A stretch of DNA of 32,000 nt, taken from the NCBI RefSeq assembly GCF_007483685.1, contig NZ_VMKN01000003.1, forward strand, positions 52,639 through 84,638. Direction: 5' to 3'. The notes beneath the pieces are model-generated. The model made no database searches, was not told the DNA's origin, and saw nothing but the letters and a program-made list of their open reading frames with translations. Below are positions 7,388-15,867 of the stretch, in pieces (position 1 is the stretch's first letter; each line of letters starts with the position of its first letter). This stretch comes from Litoribacter populi (lineage in GTDB: Bacteria; Bacteroidota; Bacteroidia; Cytophagales; Cyclobacteriaceae). The position numbers were made by a program, and so were the translations under genes.

Positions 7388-9229
7388 TTATTCTACGGTT
7401 ACGGATTTGGCCAGGTTCCTTGGTTGATCCACATTGCAGCCTCTCATCACAGCGATATGGTAAGAAAGCAACTGTAGCGGCACCACAGAGATCAAAGGTA
7501 CCAATGCCTCGTGTGCATGTGGGATTTCGATCACGTGGTCGGCCATAGCCTTCACGGAAGTATCACCTTCAGTCACCACTGCGATGATTTTGCCTTTTCT
7601 GGCTTTCACCTCCTGGATGTTACTGACAACTTTCTCGTAAGAACTGTCCTTAGTGGCAATAAATACCACAGGCATTTCCTCATCGATCAAGGCAATAGGC
7701 CCGTGCTTCATCTCTGCTGCCGGGTAACCTTCAGCATGAATATAGGAAATTTCTTTCAACTTCAACGCACCCTCCAAAGCCACTGGGAAATTGTATCCAC
7801 GACCTAGATATAGGAAGTTTCGGGCGTCTTTATACTGCTCGGAGATTTTCTCGATCTGCTCGTTGAGAAGCAATGCTTTCTCTACTTTGCTAGGAATAGC
7901 CTCAAGTTCGCTTAGAAGCTGTATGTATTTGGTTTCAGAAAGGGTACCTCTCTGATAACCCAACATTAGGGCCATCATGGTCAATACTGAAATCTGAGCA
8001 GTAAATGCTTTTGTAGATGCTACACCGATTTCCGGTCCGGCGTGTGTATATGATCCCGCATGCGTAGCTCTTGCGATGGAAGAACCTACCACGTTACAAA
8101 CCCCAAAGATAGTCGCACCTTTTGACTTGGCCAATTCAATAGCCGCCAAAGTATCGGCAGTCTCACCCGACTGGGAGATGGCGATCACGAAGTCACCTTC
8201 ATTGATTACCGGATTTCTGTAACGGAATTCGGAAGCATATTCAACTTCAACCGGGATTCGGGCAAACTCTTCGAAAAGATATTCAGCCACCAATCCGGCA
8301 TGCCAAGAAGTACCGCAAGCGGTGATGATAATCCGGTCGGCATTTTGGAATTTGTTGATATAATCCCTCAATCCACCTACGATCAATCGGCCGTTTTGGG
8401 CATCCAGTCTGCCTCTCATACAATCAGCAATGGATCTTGGCTGCTCATTGATTTCCTTCAACATGAAATGCTCATAGCCACCTTTTTCGATAGCTTCCAG
8501 TTCCATTTCAAGCTGGTTGATATAGGGGTTGGTCTCTACATTTTCGATTGTTTTGATCTGCAACTTGTTGTTACGGATCACGGCAATCTCATAATCATCC
8601 AAGTACACAACTTGGTTGGTGTATTCGATGATTGGAGTGGCGTCTGATGCCAAGAAGTATTCATTTTCCCCAACACCAATCACCAAAGGAGAACCTTTTC
8701 TAGCCGCAATCAGCGTGTCAGGCTCTTCTTTGCTCATGATGACAATCGCATAGGCACCTACCACTTTGTGCAAAGCCAATCTTACAGCTTCTTCAAGAGT
8801 ACAGTCGTTGTTCTTGTGGATGTCCTCTATGAAGTTAATGAAAACCTCAGAGTCAGTTTCACTATGAAACACATAACCTTTGTTCAAAAGGTCAGTTTTA
8901 AGCACTTCATAATTTTCAATGATCCCGTTATGAATCATTGCAAAATTTTCTGTAGAGGAATAATGGGGGTGGGCATTGGCATCATTAGGCTCACCGTGAG
9001 TGGCCCAACGGGTATGTCCAATACCGATTTTAGAGTTCAAATGAGGGTTGTCCAGCAAAGAATTTTCCAACTCGGAAACCTTACCCTTCTTTTTGTAAAC
9101 ACTAAGCCCATTATCATTTAAAAGCGCTACTCCCGCACTGTCATAACCTCTGTACTCTAGCCTTTTAAGTCCTTTGATAATGATAGGCAACGCATCCTGC
9201 TCACCTACATACGCTACAATTCCACACAT
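7388..9229 (-). CDS. glmS: Glutamine--fructose-6-phosphate aminotransferase (isomerizing)
   Basis: 613 aa. N-terminal nucleophile MCGIVAYVG, two SIS domains and the canonical C-terminus LAKSVTVE. Confidence 0.98.
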   Translation of the reverse strand: MCGIVAYVGEQDALPIIIKGLKRLEYRGYDSAGVALLNDNGLSVYKKKGKVSELENSLLDNPHLNSKIGIGHTRWATHGEPNDANAHPHYSSTENFAMIHNGIIENYEVLKTDLLNKGYVFHSETDSEVFINFIEDIHKNNDCTLEEAVRLALHKVVGAYAIVIMSKEEPDTLIAARKGSPLVIGVGENEYFLASDATPIIEYTNQVVYLDDYEIAVIRNNKLQIKTIENVETNPYINQLEMELEAIEKGGYEHFMLKEINEQPRSIADCMRGRLDAQNGRLIVGGLRDYINKFQNADRIIITACGTSWHAGLVAEYLFEEFARIPVEVEYASEFRYRNPVINEGDFVIAISQSGETADTLAAIELAKSKGATIFGVCNVVGSSIARATHAGSYTHAGPEIGVASTKAFTAQISVLTMMALMLGYQRGTLSETKYIQLLSELEAIPSKVEKALLLNEQIEKISEQYKDARNFLYLGRGYNFPVALEGALKLKEISYIHAEGYPAAEMKHGPIALIDEEMPVVFIATKDSSYEKVVSNIQEVKARKGKIIAVVTEGDTSVKAMADHVIEIPHAHEALVPLISVVPLQLLSYHIAVMRGCNVDQPRNLAKSVTVE

Positions 9230-9256
9230 AAATAATCTATTATATAAAAATTAACT

Positions 9257-10600
9257 TTATCTCGTAGTTGAGTAATATACTTTAAGTTTGATGTTGTCTT
9301 TATTGACTTTATACTCTCTTAGAGACTGTCTATAAAGGTCTGGTCCTGTTTGTTGGGAAGTATAGTTCTGATTTGGATAAATCATCAAATTTTTTCTTTC
9401 CAAATCCGAACGATATACTGCATTAAGATAATTGGTCAAAACCACACTATAACCTTGGATGCCGTTTTCGTAGGCCAAACCTGCAGGATTGCTGACAGCC
9501 GGCACAACATTTCCATCAGGCCCCATAGATTGCTGAGCCTGGTTATTGGCCTGAACAGTTATTGCAGCCCCATCATACCTTAAGTAAACTTGATTGTCAT
9601 CATTCAAAAATATCATTTGATTAATTCCGAATGGAGACATAGATTCACTAAATTCATGTACAGGCGCCATATCAAGTGTCACCTGGTTAAAGGTCACATT
9701 ACCCAAGGTATCCAAAAATGCTTCTAAAGGGGATGTATCCAAACGGATCACCAAACCCGTATTCCCTTTTGTCCCTACAACATCCCCCACATCATAACCG
9801 ACATGGGTTTCTTGGATTGATTCAAGAGGCGTGCCAGTTCTGTCATTACTGACATAGCTAAACCTTCTGGAAGAAGCTGTAGTAACTGCATAAGTTGATG
9901 GCACGGTATCGCCTTCATTATGATAATAAAAATACATACCTGTATTACCCCCCACTCTTACGGGAATACTTGTATTCTCAGTCAAATTCCCTTGAATAGC
10001 AATGCCCGGAAAATAATTACGGAAGGCAAAAATATCAGAAAATGCATTACTGCCACTTTTCACATCGTTAAAAAACTGGGCCGCAAAGTCCGCATTAACA
10101 TCGGTTCGTACAAGGGTATCCCGATTCGGTGCTAGCGTAAAGGACCCATTTACAAACGGAGTCGCTGAAAATGCCAGTCTATCGTTGTTGAAATATGAAA
10201 TATCTTGAATCGGCTCCTCTAATTGATGTACCTGTAGCGTTTTTTCCTGGCTCAATGATTCCCCTATTGGAGCGATTATTTCAAACTGGAATTTGGCTGA
10301 ATCCAAAATTGCATTTTCATTTGGACGAGTGGCTCGGGTATCAATAAACATCCGACTGAAACCGATACTTTCGGTAACTCCAAAAAAATCACTGGTTTGT
10401 CCACCCGCCAAAATCACAGACTGGTTGGTCGTATTGACCGAATCCAAAAGCATCATAGAAGCAGAAAGGGGTATTTCTGCGTAGAAAACCCCTATCTGGT
10501 TGTTTTCCGGATCCAGTTCCAGGCCGATATCCGAAGGATCGGCACAAGAGCTAGCCAGAAGCAATGAAATGGAAAGAACTGAGGCTAATTTAGCCGGCAA
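9257..10600 (-). CDS. DUF4270-like lipoprotein (family guess from the conserved position between the glgA-like gene and glmS in Bacteroidota).
   Basis: The listed ORF runs to a TTG at 10693 but would overlap the upstream gene by 104 nt. An in-frame TTG at 10600 gives MPAKLASVLSISLLLASSC-ADPSD, a signal peptide with a lipobox-like Cys followed by acidic residues, and only an 11-nt overlap. The stop lies 27 nt upstream of the glmS start. Confidence 0.7.
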   Translation of the reverse strand: MPAKLASVLSISLLLASSCADPSDIGLELDPENNQIGVFYAEIPLSASMMLLDSVNTTNQSVILAGGQTSDFFGVTESIGFSRMFIDTRATRPNENAILDSAKFQFEIIAPIGESLSQEKTLQVHQLEEPIQDISYFNNDRLAFSATPFVNGSFTLAPNRDTLVRTDVNADFAAQFFNDVKSGSNAFSDIFAFRNYFPGIAIQGNLTENTSIPVRVGGNTGMYFYYHNEGDTVPSTYAVTTASSRRFSYVSNDRTGTPLESIQETHVGYDVGDVVGTKGNTGLVIRLDTSPLEAFLDTLGNVTFNQVTLDMAPVHEFSESMSPFGINQMIFLNDDNQVYLRYDGAAITVQANNQAQQSMGPDGNVVPAVSNPAGLAYENGIQGYSVVLTNYLNAVYRSDLERKNLMIYPNQNYTSQQTGPDLYRQSLREYKVNKDNIKLKVYYSTTR

Positions 10601-11405
10601 GTTCAGTATAGATGTTGTAATAACTTTCGAACATTTGTTCTTTTTCTTCGCTGTTGTTAATCTCACACTTTTTGTCTTTAGGGCAATTTTCAATTAATTG
10701 GTGAAGATGTTCGGACATCCCATCTCCTTGCACGATTACATCGGCGTATTCCATACCAATTTTGATAAACCCTTCGAAATCTTTGGATTTCAACGGGGCC
10801 AATATGGCATCGTCGATATCGACCATTTTCACCTTTTCAAATAAATCGTCCCCAAATTTATGGTTAAATTCGTTATTATATATAGCGAAGACGGATTTTG
10901 TTCCTTTAAATAAAGGTTCATTTTTGTAAGTCGTTTTCAAGTACATAGGAATTAAGCTGGTCATCCAGTCATTGCAATGCACAATATCAGGGGCCCAACC
11001 TAGTTTCTTCACGGTTTCTATGACTCCTTTACAAAAGAAAATAGCTCTTTCGTCATTATCTTCATAGAATTTTTCCTGCTTGTCATGGAAAACGCTCTTT
11101 CTTTGGAAATAGTCTTCATTGTCTATAAAGTAGACCTGAAGTTTTGCATTGGGAATTGAAGCGACCTTAATGATCAGCGGCTTCTCTTCATCACCCACAG
11201 AAATGTTGATTCCTGAAAGTCTCACTACCTCGTGCAACCTGTTCTTTCTTTCGTTTATCAAACCAAATCTTGGAACAAGAATACGGATTTCCATCCCTTT
11301 TTCCTGCATTGCCTGAGGCAACGCTCTTACGAAGTTTGCAACTTCTGAAGTTTGAAGGAATGGGTTGATTTCACTGGCTACGTAGAGAATACGAAGTTTA
11401 GACAT
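10590..11405 (-). CDS. Half-length glycogen/starch synthase homologue (GT5 N-terminal domain only).
   Basis: 271 aa. The N-terminus MSKLRILYVASEINPFLQTSEVANFVRALP aligns with the GlgA N-terminus, but the KTGGL motif is replaced by QTSEV. There is no C-terminal GT1 half. Confidence 0.8.
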   Translation of the reverse strand: MSKLRILYVASEINPFLQTSEVANFVRALPQAMQEKGMEIRILVPRFGLINERKNRLHEVVRLSGINISVGDEEKPLIIKVASIPNAKLQVYFIDNEDYFQRKSVFHDKQEKFYEDNDERAIFFCKGVIETVKKLGWAPDIVHCNDWMTSLIPMYLKTTYKNEPLFKGTKSVFAIYNNEFNHKFGDDLFEKVKMVDIDDAILAPLKSKDFEGFIKIGMEYADVIVQGDGMSEHLHQLIENCPKDKKCEINNSEEKEQMFESYYNIYTELAG

Positions 11406-11442
11406 ATCTTGTTATTTTTTATTGAGGGATATTACGGGACTA

Positions 11443-11450
11443 CAAACTTA
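11443..11450 (-). promoter_or_regulatory. Putative -7 box (TAAGTTTG) for the glgA-like/DUF4270/glmS transcription unit.
   Basis: The minus strand reads TAAGTTTG, a perfect TAnnTTTG, 37 nt upstream of the ATG at 11405. There is no clean TTTG at -33, only TTTT. Confidence 0.35.
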
Positions 11451-11493
11451 CAAAAAAAATAGGTAAAATCCATGGTTTTTATCGGGAATAACA

Positions 11494-11501
11494 TAGTTTT
11501 G
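11494..11501 (+). promoter_or_regulatory. Putative -7 box (TAGTTTTG) for panC-panD.
   Basis: A perfect TAnnTTTG match 32 nt upstream of the panC TTG start. The -33 element is weak. Confidence 0.35.
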
Positions 11502-11507
11502 CCCCTA

Positions 11508-11523
11508 TTTTGTAATTACAAAA
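11508..11523. promoter_or_regulatory. Perfect 16-bp palindrome TTTTGTAATTACAAAA between the putative -7 box and the panC start.
   Basis: The sequence is its own reverse complement over 16 of 16 positions. It ends 10 nt before the TTG start codon at 11534. Confidence 0.4.
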
Positions 11524-11533
11524 GCGAGAACCA

Positions 11534-12382
11534 TTGAAAATTCTGCGGACAAGGATAGAGGTCAAAGAGGCCTTAGCTCCAATTAGGAAAGAAGGAAAAA
11601 CCATAGGATTAGTTCCTACCATGGGCGCCTTGCATGCGGGCCATCTGTCATTAGTGGAAAAATCCAAATCTTATTCGGATATTACAATTTCCTCTATTTA
11701 CGTCAATCCCACCCAATTCAACAATCCCAAGGACTTGGAAAAATATCCAAGACCGATAGAAAAAGATCTTAAATTATTGGAAGAGAACGGGGTAGACTTT
11801 GTCTTTTTGCCTGATGACGGGGAAATGTACCCCAGAGAAACCCGTCTTAAGTTTGACTTTGCCGACCTGGAAAAGGTACTTGAGGGGGAATTCCGCCCCG
11901 GGCATTTCAACGGGGTAGGCATTGTGGTATCCAAGCTATTCCATATCATCCAACCCGACCATTCCTATTTCGGCCAAAAGGACCTGCAGCAGGTGGCTGT
12001 AATCAAGCGCCTGGTAAACGACCTTTCCTTCGATCTGGAAGTGGTAACCGTGGATACCATGCGGGAACAAGATGGCCTAGCGATGTCTTCCCGAAACATC
12101 CGTCTAGACGATCGCGACAGGCTGGTTGCCACTATATTGTATAGATGCTTAACTTTTGCAAAGGATGAACTTTTAGCAGGCAAGGATTGGTTTGAGACCA
12201 AGGACAAGGTCACTAAGAGGTTTTTGGACGAGCCAAAAGCCAGACTGGAATACTTTGAGCTTGTAAAAGCTGATACTATGGAAAAAGTAGCCACCATCAC
12301 TCCGGGAGAGACTTTTGCCATCTGTACTGCTGCCTTTATCAAAGAAGTCAGACTGATAGATAACTTATTAATAATTGATTAA
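11534..12382 (+). CDS. panC: Pantoate--beta-alanine ligase
   Basis: 282 aa. Signature VPTMGALHAGHLSLV and SIYVNPTQF. The apparent start is TTG; there is no in-frame ATG upstream of the conserved N-terminal motif. Confidence 0.95.
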   Translation: MKILRTRIEVKEALAPIRKEGKTIGLVPTMGALHAGHLSLVEKSKSYSDITISSIYVNPTQFNNPKDLEKYPRPIEKDLKLLEENGVDFVFLPDDGEMYPRETRLKFDFADLEKVLEGEFRPGHFNGVGIVVSKLFHIIQPDHSYFGQKDLQQVAVIKRLVNDLSFDLEVVTVDTMREQDGLAMSSRNIRLDDRDRLVATILYRCLTFAKDELLAGKDWFETKDKVTKRFLDEPKARLEYFELVKADTMEKVATITPGETFAICTAAFIKEVRLIDNLLIID

Positions 12383-12403
12383 CTTCGCGCCAAATTCCAA
12401 ATC

Positions 12404-12748
12404 ATGCATATCCAAGTATTAAAGTCAAAGATCCACAGGGTAAAAATCACACAAGCCGAACTACATTATGTAGGCAGCATCACTATAGATGAAGACTTGA
12501 TGGATGCAGCCAATCTGATTGAGAACGAAAAGGTACAGATTGTAAATATCAACAACGGGGAGCGTCTTGAGACCTATGTGATCAAGGGAGAAAGAGGCAG
12601 CGGGCAAGTTTGCCTTAACGGACCTGCAGCAAGAAAAGCCCAGGTAGGTGACATTGTAATTATCATCAGCTACGCTGGAATGGAAATACAGGCAGCCAAG
12701 GAGTATAATCCCGTTATCGTATTTCCTGACGACAATAACCAGCTATAA
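12404..12748 (+). CDS. panD: Aspartate 1-decarboxylase (pyruvoyl-dependent)
   Basis: 114 aa. [32 protein letters not shown] contains the Gly-Ser self-processing site. Confidence 0.95.
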   Translation: MHIQVLKSKIHRVKITQAELHYVGSITIDEDLMDAANLIENEKVQIVNINNGERLETYVIKGERGSGQVCLNGPAARKAQVGDIVIIISYAGMEIQAAKEYNPVIVFPDDNNQL

Positions 12749-12751
12749 ACA

Positions 12752-13756
12752 TTGAGATTATCAGCAAAGCAGTGGATCCAGGTAATCCTGTCACTTCTCG
12801 TGGCCGTCTGGATTTTCTGGTACTTATATAAAGACATTAAAATGGACAGCCTGGTGAATGCACTTCAGCAGGCGTCCATTTTTTATATCCTTCTTTCCGT
12901 TGTAATATCGGTGATCGGTTATTGGCTCCGTGCCTGGAGATGGCGTTTGCTGATCAAGACCGCCACGGAACAGCCTCCAAGCACCTTAAGAACATTTTGG
13001 GGACTAATGGGTGGCTATCTTGCCAACCTGCTGGTACCACGAGCTGGGGAAGTAGCCCGATGTGGATACCTTAAAAAGACCGACAACCTTCAGATGGGCA
13101 ACCTTCTAGGCACAGTCATACTTGAAAGAACTGTGGACTTGGTCTTCATGATGCTGGTCATTTCCTTAGCCTTCGTCACTGAAAGCGGCACTTTTCTTAA
13201 CCTAATCAGTGAACTGGTTTCATTGAATGCACTTAAGCAGTCTTTCCTTGGTGCTGCACCGATTATTATTGGCGCATTGATCGTTACCGGTTTGGTTATA
13301 ACTGCCTTGCTAAAAAAATACAGAGACAGTTCAATCATCCAAAAAGGCCAGCATTTTATCCGCGACATCTTAACGGGCTTAAAAAGTGTCCGCAAAGTGG
13401 ATAATCAAATAGGTTTTTGGGGAAGTTCCGTGTTGATTTGGATTGTCTATTTCCTGATGATGTATTTTGTTGCCATTGCAATCCCAAGCACTGCCAATTT
13501 GACCGCTACTTCGGTATTGATGGTCATGGTAATGGGCAGTATTGGCATGATTGCACCGGTTCAAGGGGGTATAGGTACCTTTCATGCACTGGTGGCCTTC
13601 ATTTTGATGACCTATGGATTGACGGAAGAGGAAGGAAAAATCTTCGCCGTGATTGTACATAGCTCCCAGGTTTTGACCGTTATGGCAGTAGGACTGGTGA
13701 GTTTGGCGGTTTTGGTTAAATTAACAAATTCAAAGCAACCACAGACCGCCCCTTAG
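12752..13756 (+). CDS. Flippase-like / lysylphosphatidylglycerol-synthase transmembrane-region (UPF0104) family membrane protein
   Basis: 334 aa, polytopic. The N-terminal pattern WIFWYLYKDI...LRAWRWRLL and the motif RAGEVARCGYL are typical of LPG_synthase_TM proteins. TTG start, 3 nt after the panD stop. Confidence 0.75.
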   Translation: MRLSAKQWIQVILSLLVAVWIFWYLYKDIKMDSLVNALQQASIFYILLSVVISVIGYWLRAWRWRLLIKTATEQPPSTLRTFWGLMGGYLANLLVPRAGEVARCGYLKKTDNLQMGNLLGTVILERTVDLVFMMLVISLAFVTESGTFLNLISELVSLNALKQSFLGAAPIIIGALIVTGLVITALLKKYRDSSIIQKGQHFIRDILTGLKSVRKVDNQIGFWGSSVLIWIVYFLMMYFVAIAIPSTANLTATSVLMVMVMGSIGMIAPVQGGIGTFHALVAFILMTYGLTEEEGKIFAVIVHSSQVLTVMAVGLVSLAVLVKLTNSKQPQTAP

Positions 13757-13797
13757 CGTAATAATTTAGAGTTTTACCAAAAAATAAAGACACGAGT

Positions 13798-14490
13798 ATG
13801 TTGTTAATTGTTATCGTAGTAGGTTTTGCCATTCTTGGCTATGTTGTAAGCAACAGGCTGAAGAGCAAGTTTAAAAAGTACAGCCAAACTTCACTTCAGG
13901 CCAACCTTTCTGGAAAGGAAATCGCCGAGCTTATGCTTGCCGACCACAATATTTCTGAGGTAAGGGTTAACTGCGTGGAAGGAAAGTTATCTGACCACTA
14001 CAACCCTGAAAATAGATCAGTAAACCTTAGTCCGGATGTTTATTACGGAAGAAACGCAGCGGCTACAGCAGTAGCAGCTCACGAATGCGGTCACGCCGTA
14101 CAGCATGCTACAGCCTATAGTTGGTTGCAGTTGAGATCCACTCTAGTACCTATTCAGAATGCCAGTGGCAAGATTTTGAACTTTGTACTTATTGCGGCCC
14201 TGTTTGGTGGAATTGCTTTATTCGGACTTCCTTACAAAGAGGTTGGGGTTATAGTAGTGGGTGCTTATGGTATCATTACGATGTTCTCTCTAGTGACCCT
14301 TCCGGTTGAATTTGACGCAAGTAACCGGGCCCTAGCTTGGGTGAAGCAAAGAAACATCGTCACCACCTCCGAATATGCCATGTCGAAAGATGCATTGAAG
14401 TGGGCAGCCATGACCTACGTCGTCGCCGCTTTGGCCTCACTGGCCACCCTGGCCTATTATGCCTTTATCTTCTTTGGTAATAGGGACTAG
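13798..14490 (+). CDS. YugP-type putative neutral zinc metallopeptidase (membrane)
   Basis: 230 aa. N-terminal TM, HExxH motif (AAHECGHAVQH) and C-terminal TM helices, as in Zn_peptidase_2 family proteins. Confidence 0.85.
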   Translation: MLLIVIVVGFAILGYVVSNRLKSKFKKYSQTSLQANLSGKEIAELMLADHNISEVRVNCVEGKLSDHYNPENRSVNLSPDVYYGRNAAATAVAAHECGHAVQHATAYSWLQLRSTLVPIQNASGKILNFVLIAALFGGIALFGLPYKEVGVIVVGAYGIITMFSLVTLPVEFDASNRALAWVKQRNIVTTSEYAMSKDALKWAAMTYVVAALASLATLAYYAFIFFGNRD

Positions 14491-14510
14491 TAAGAAATTA
14501 AAATATACCG

Positions 14511-14547
14511 AAAAGGGACAAGTCATTGTCCCTTTTCTTTTTTTAGT
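14511..14547 (+). terminator. Rho-independent terminator
   Basis: An 11-bp perfect stem AAAAGGGACAA/TTGTCCCTTTT with a 4-nt loop (14511-14536), followed by CTTTTTTT. Confidence 0.85.
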
Positions 14548-14587
14548 GTATATTCCGCCCTTGAAAAAATCCAACTAATTTTAGACA

Positions 14588-15727
14588 ATGAATTTTGAAC
14601 TAACAGAGGAGCAAATAGCGGTAAGAGATGCAGCCCGAGAATTTGCAAAGGCTGAACTTTTACCAGGAGTCATAGATAGGGATACCGAAGCCAAATTTCC
14701 TGCTGAGCAGGTAAAGCAGATGGGAGAGCTTGGTTTTCTCGGCATGATGGTGGATCCAAAATACAACGGCGGAGGCATGGATACGGTATCTTATGTGCTA
14801 GCCATGGAGGAGATTTCAAAAATTGACGCATCCGCATCTGTTTGTATGTCTGTAAACAACTCCCTTGTTTGCTGGGGATTGGAAAAATATGGCACCGAAG
14901 AGCAAAAGGAAAAATACCTGAAGCCACTAGCCACAGGTGAAAAAATCGGAGCATTCTGCCTGTCCGAACCCGAAGCAGGATCGGATGCTACCAGTCAAAG
15001 CACTTCTGCCGAGAGATCAGGGGACCACTATATCCTCAACGGCACCAAGAATTGGATAACCAATGGTAACACCGCAAGCATTTACCTAGTAATAGCTCAA
15101 ACAGATAGCAGCAAAGGACATAAGGGGATTTCTGCCTTTATTGTAGATCGTGAAACGGAAGGGTTTGTAGTAGGAAGAAAAGAGGACAAACTAGGGATCA
15201 GAGGTTCAGATACCCACTCTCTGATGTTTTCGGACGCCAAAGTGCCAGCGGAAAACAGAATCGGGGATGAAGGCTTTGGATTCACCTTTGCCATGGAAAC
15301 ACTTAACGGTGGCCGTTTGGGCATTGCCGCTCAAGCTTTAGGTATCGCATCCGGAGCATATGAGTTAGCATTGGCTTATTCTAAGGAAAGAAAAGCTTTT
15401 GGTAAACCCATCTCTCAGCACCAAGCTATCCAATTTAAACTTGCTGACATGGCGACAGAAATCGAGGCGGCGCGATTACTTTGTATCAAGGCGGCTTGGA
15501 TGAAAGATCAAGGCATGGACTATAGTCAAGCGAGCGCAATGGCCAAACTTTATGCTTCCAAGGTAGCTATGGAAGTGACCGTGGAAGCTGTACAGGTTCA
15601 TGGTGGATATGGTTACGTGAAGGAATACCACGTTGAAAGACTCATGAGAGACGCAAAAATCACTCAGATTTACGAGGGCACTTCAGAGATTCAAAAAATA
15701 GTTATATCTCGAGGCCTTTTAAGATAA
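14588..15727 (+). CDS. Acyl-CoA dehydrogenase (short/medium-chain, butyryl-CoA dehydrogenase-like)
   Basis: 379 aa. Typical ACAD N-terminus (LTEEQ...RDAAREFA), CLSEPEAGSD, and the catalytic-base context QIYEGTSEIQ near the C-terminus. Confidence 0.95.
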   Translation: MNFELTEEQIAVRDAAREFAKAELLPGVIDRDTEAKFPAEQVKQMGELGFLGMMVDPKYNGGGMDTVSYVLAMEEISKIDASASVCMSVNNSLVCWGLEKYGTEEQKEKYLKPLATGEKIGAFCLSEPEAGSDATSQSTSAERSGDHYILNGTKNWITNGNTASIYLVIAQTDSSKGHKGISAFIVDRETEGFVVGRKEDKLGIRGSDTHSLMFSDAKVPAENRIGDEGFGFTFAMETLNGGRLGIAAQALGIASGAYELALAYSKERKAFGKPISQHQAIQFKLADMATEIEAARLLCIKAAWMKDQGMDYSQASAMAKLYASKVAMEVTVEAVQVHGGYGYVKEYHVERLMRDAKITQIYEGTSEIQKIVISRGLLR

Positions 15728-15743
15728 AAAATTTTAAACTCAG

Positions 15744-15790
15744 AATTATGGCATAAATATTACAAATTATGCCATAATTGAATTTTTTTT
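15744..15790 (+). terminator. AT-rich hairpin plus T-run after the acyl-CoA dehydrogenase gene. It could be a terminator and/or an operator upstream of the AraC gene.
   Basis: A 13-bp perfect stem AATTATGGCATAA (15744-15756) / TTATGCCATAATT (15767-15779) with a 10-nt loop, followed by T8 at 15783-15790. Confidence 0.55.
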
Positions 15791-15867
15791 GTTAATATTT
15801 CTAATATTATTACACGGTTTTAGAAAAAAGTCATACTTTTACAAAAAAACACCTAAGAGGCTTCGTC

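Noticed and set aside
9230-9256. Possible glmS ribozyme or riboswitch upstream of glmS.
   Set aside because: Only 27 nt separate glmS from the preceding gene, far too short for the ribozyme, which is also known mainly from Gram-positive bacteria.
10601-10693. The longest-ORF start (TTG 10693) for the DUF4270-like gene.
   Set aside because: It would overlap the upstream gene by 104 nt and add a Lys-rich, non-signal-peptide extension. The TTG at 10600 gives a proper signal/lipobox N-terminus. This remains uncertain without experimental data.
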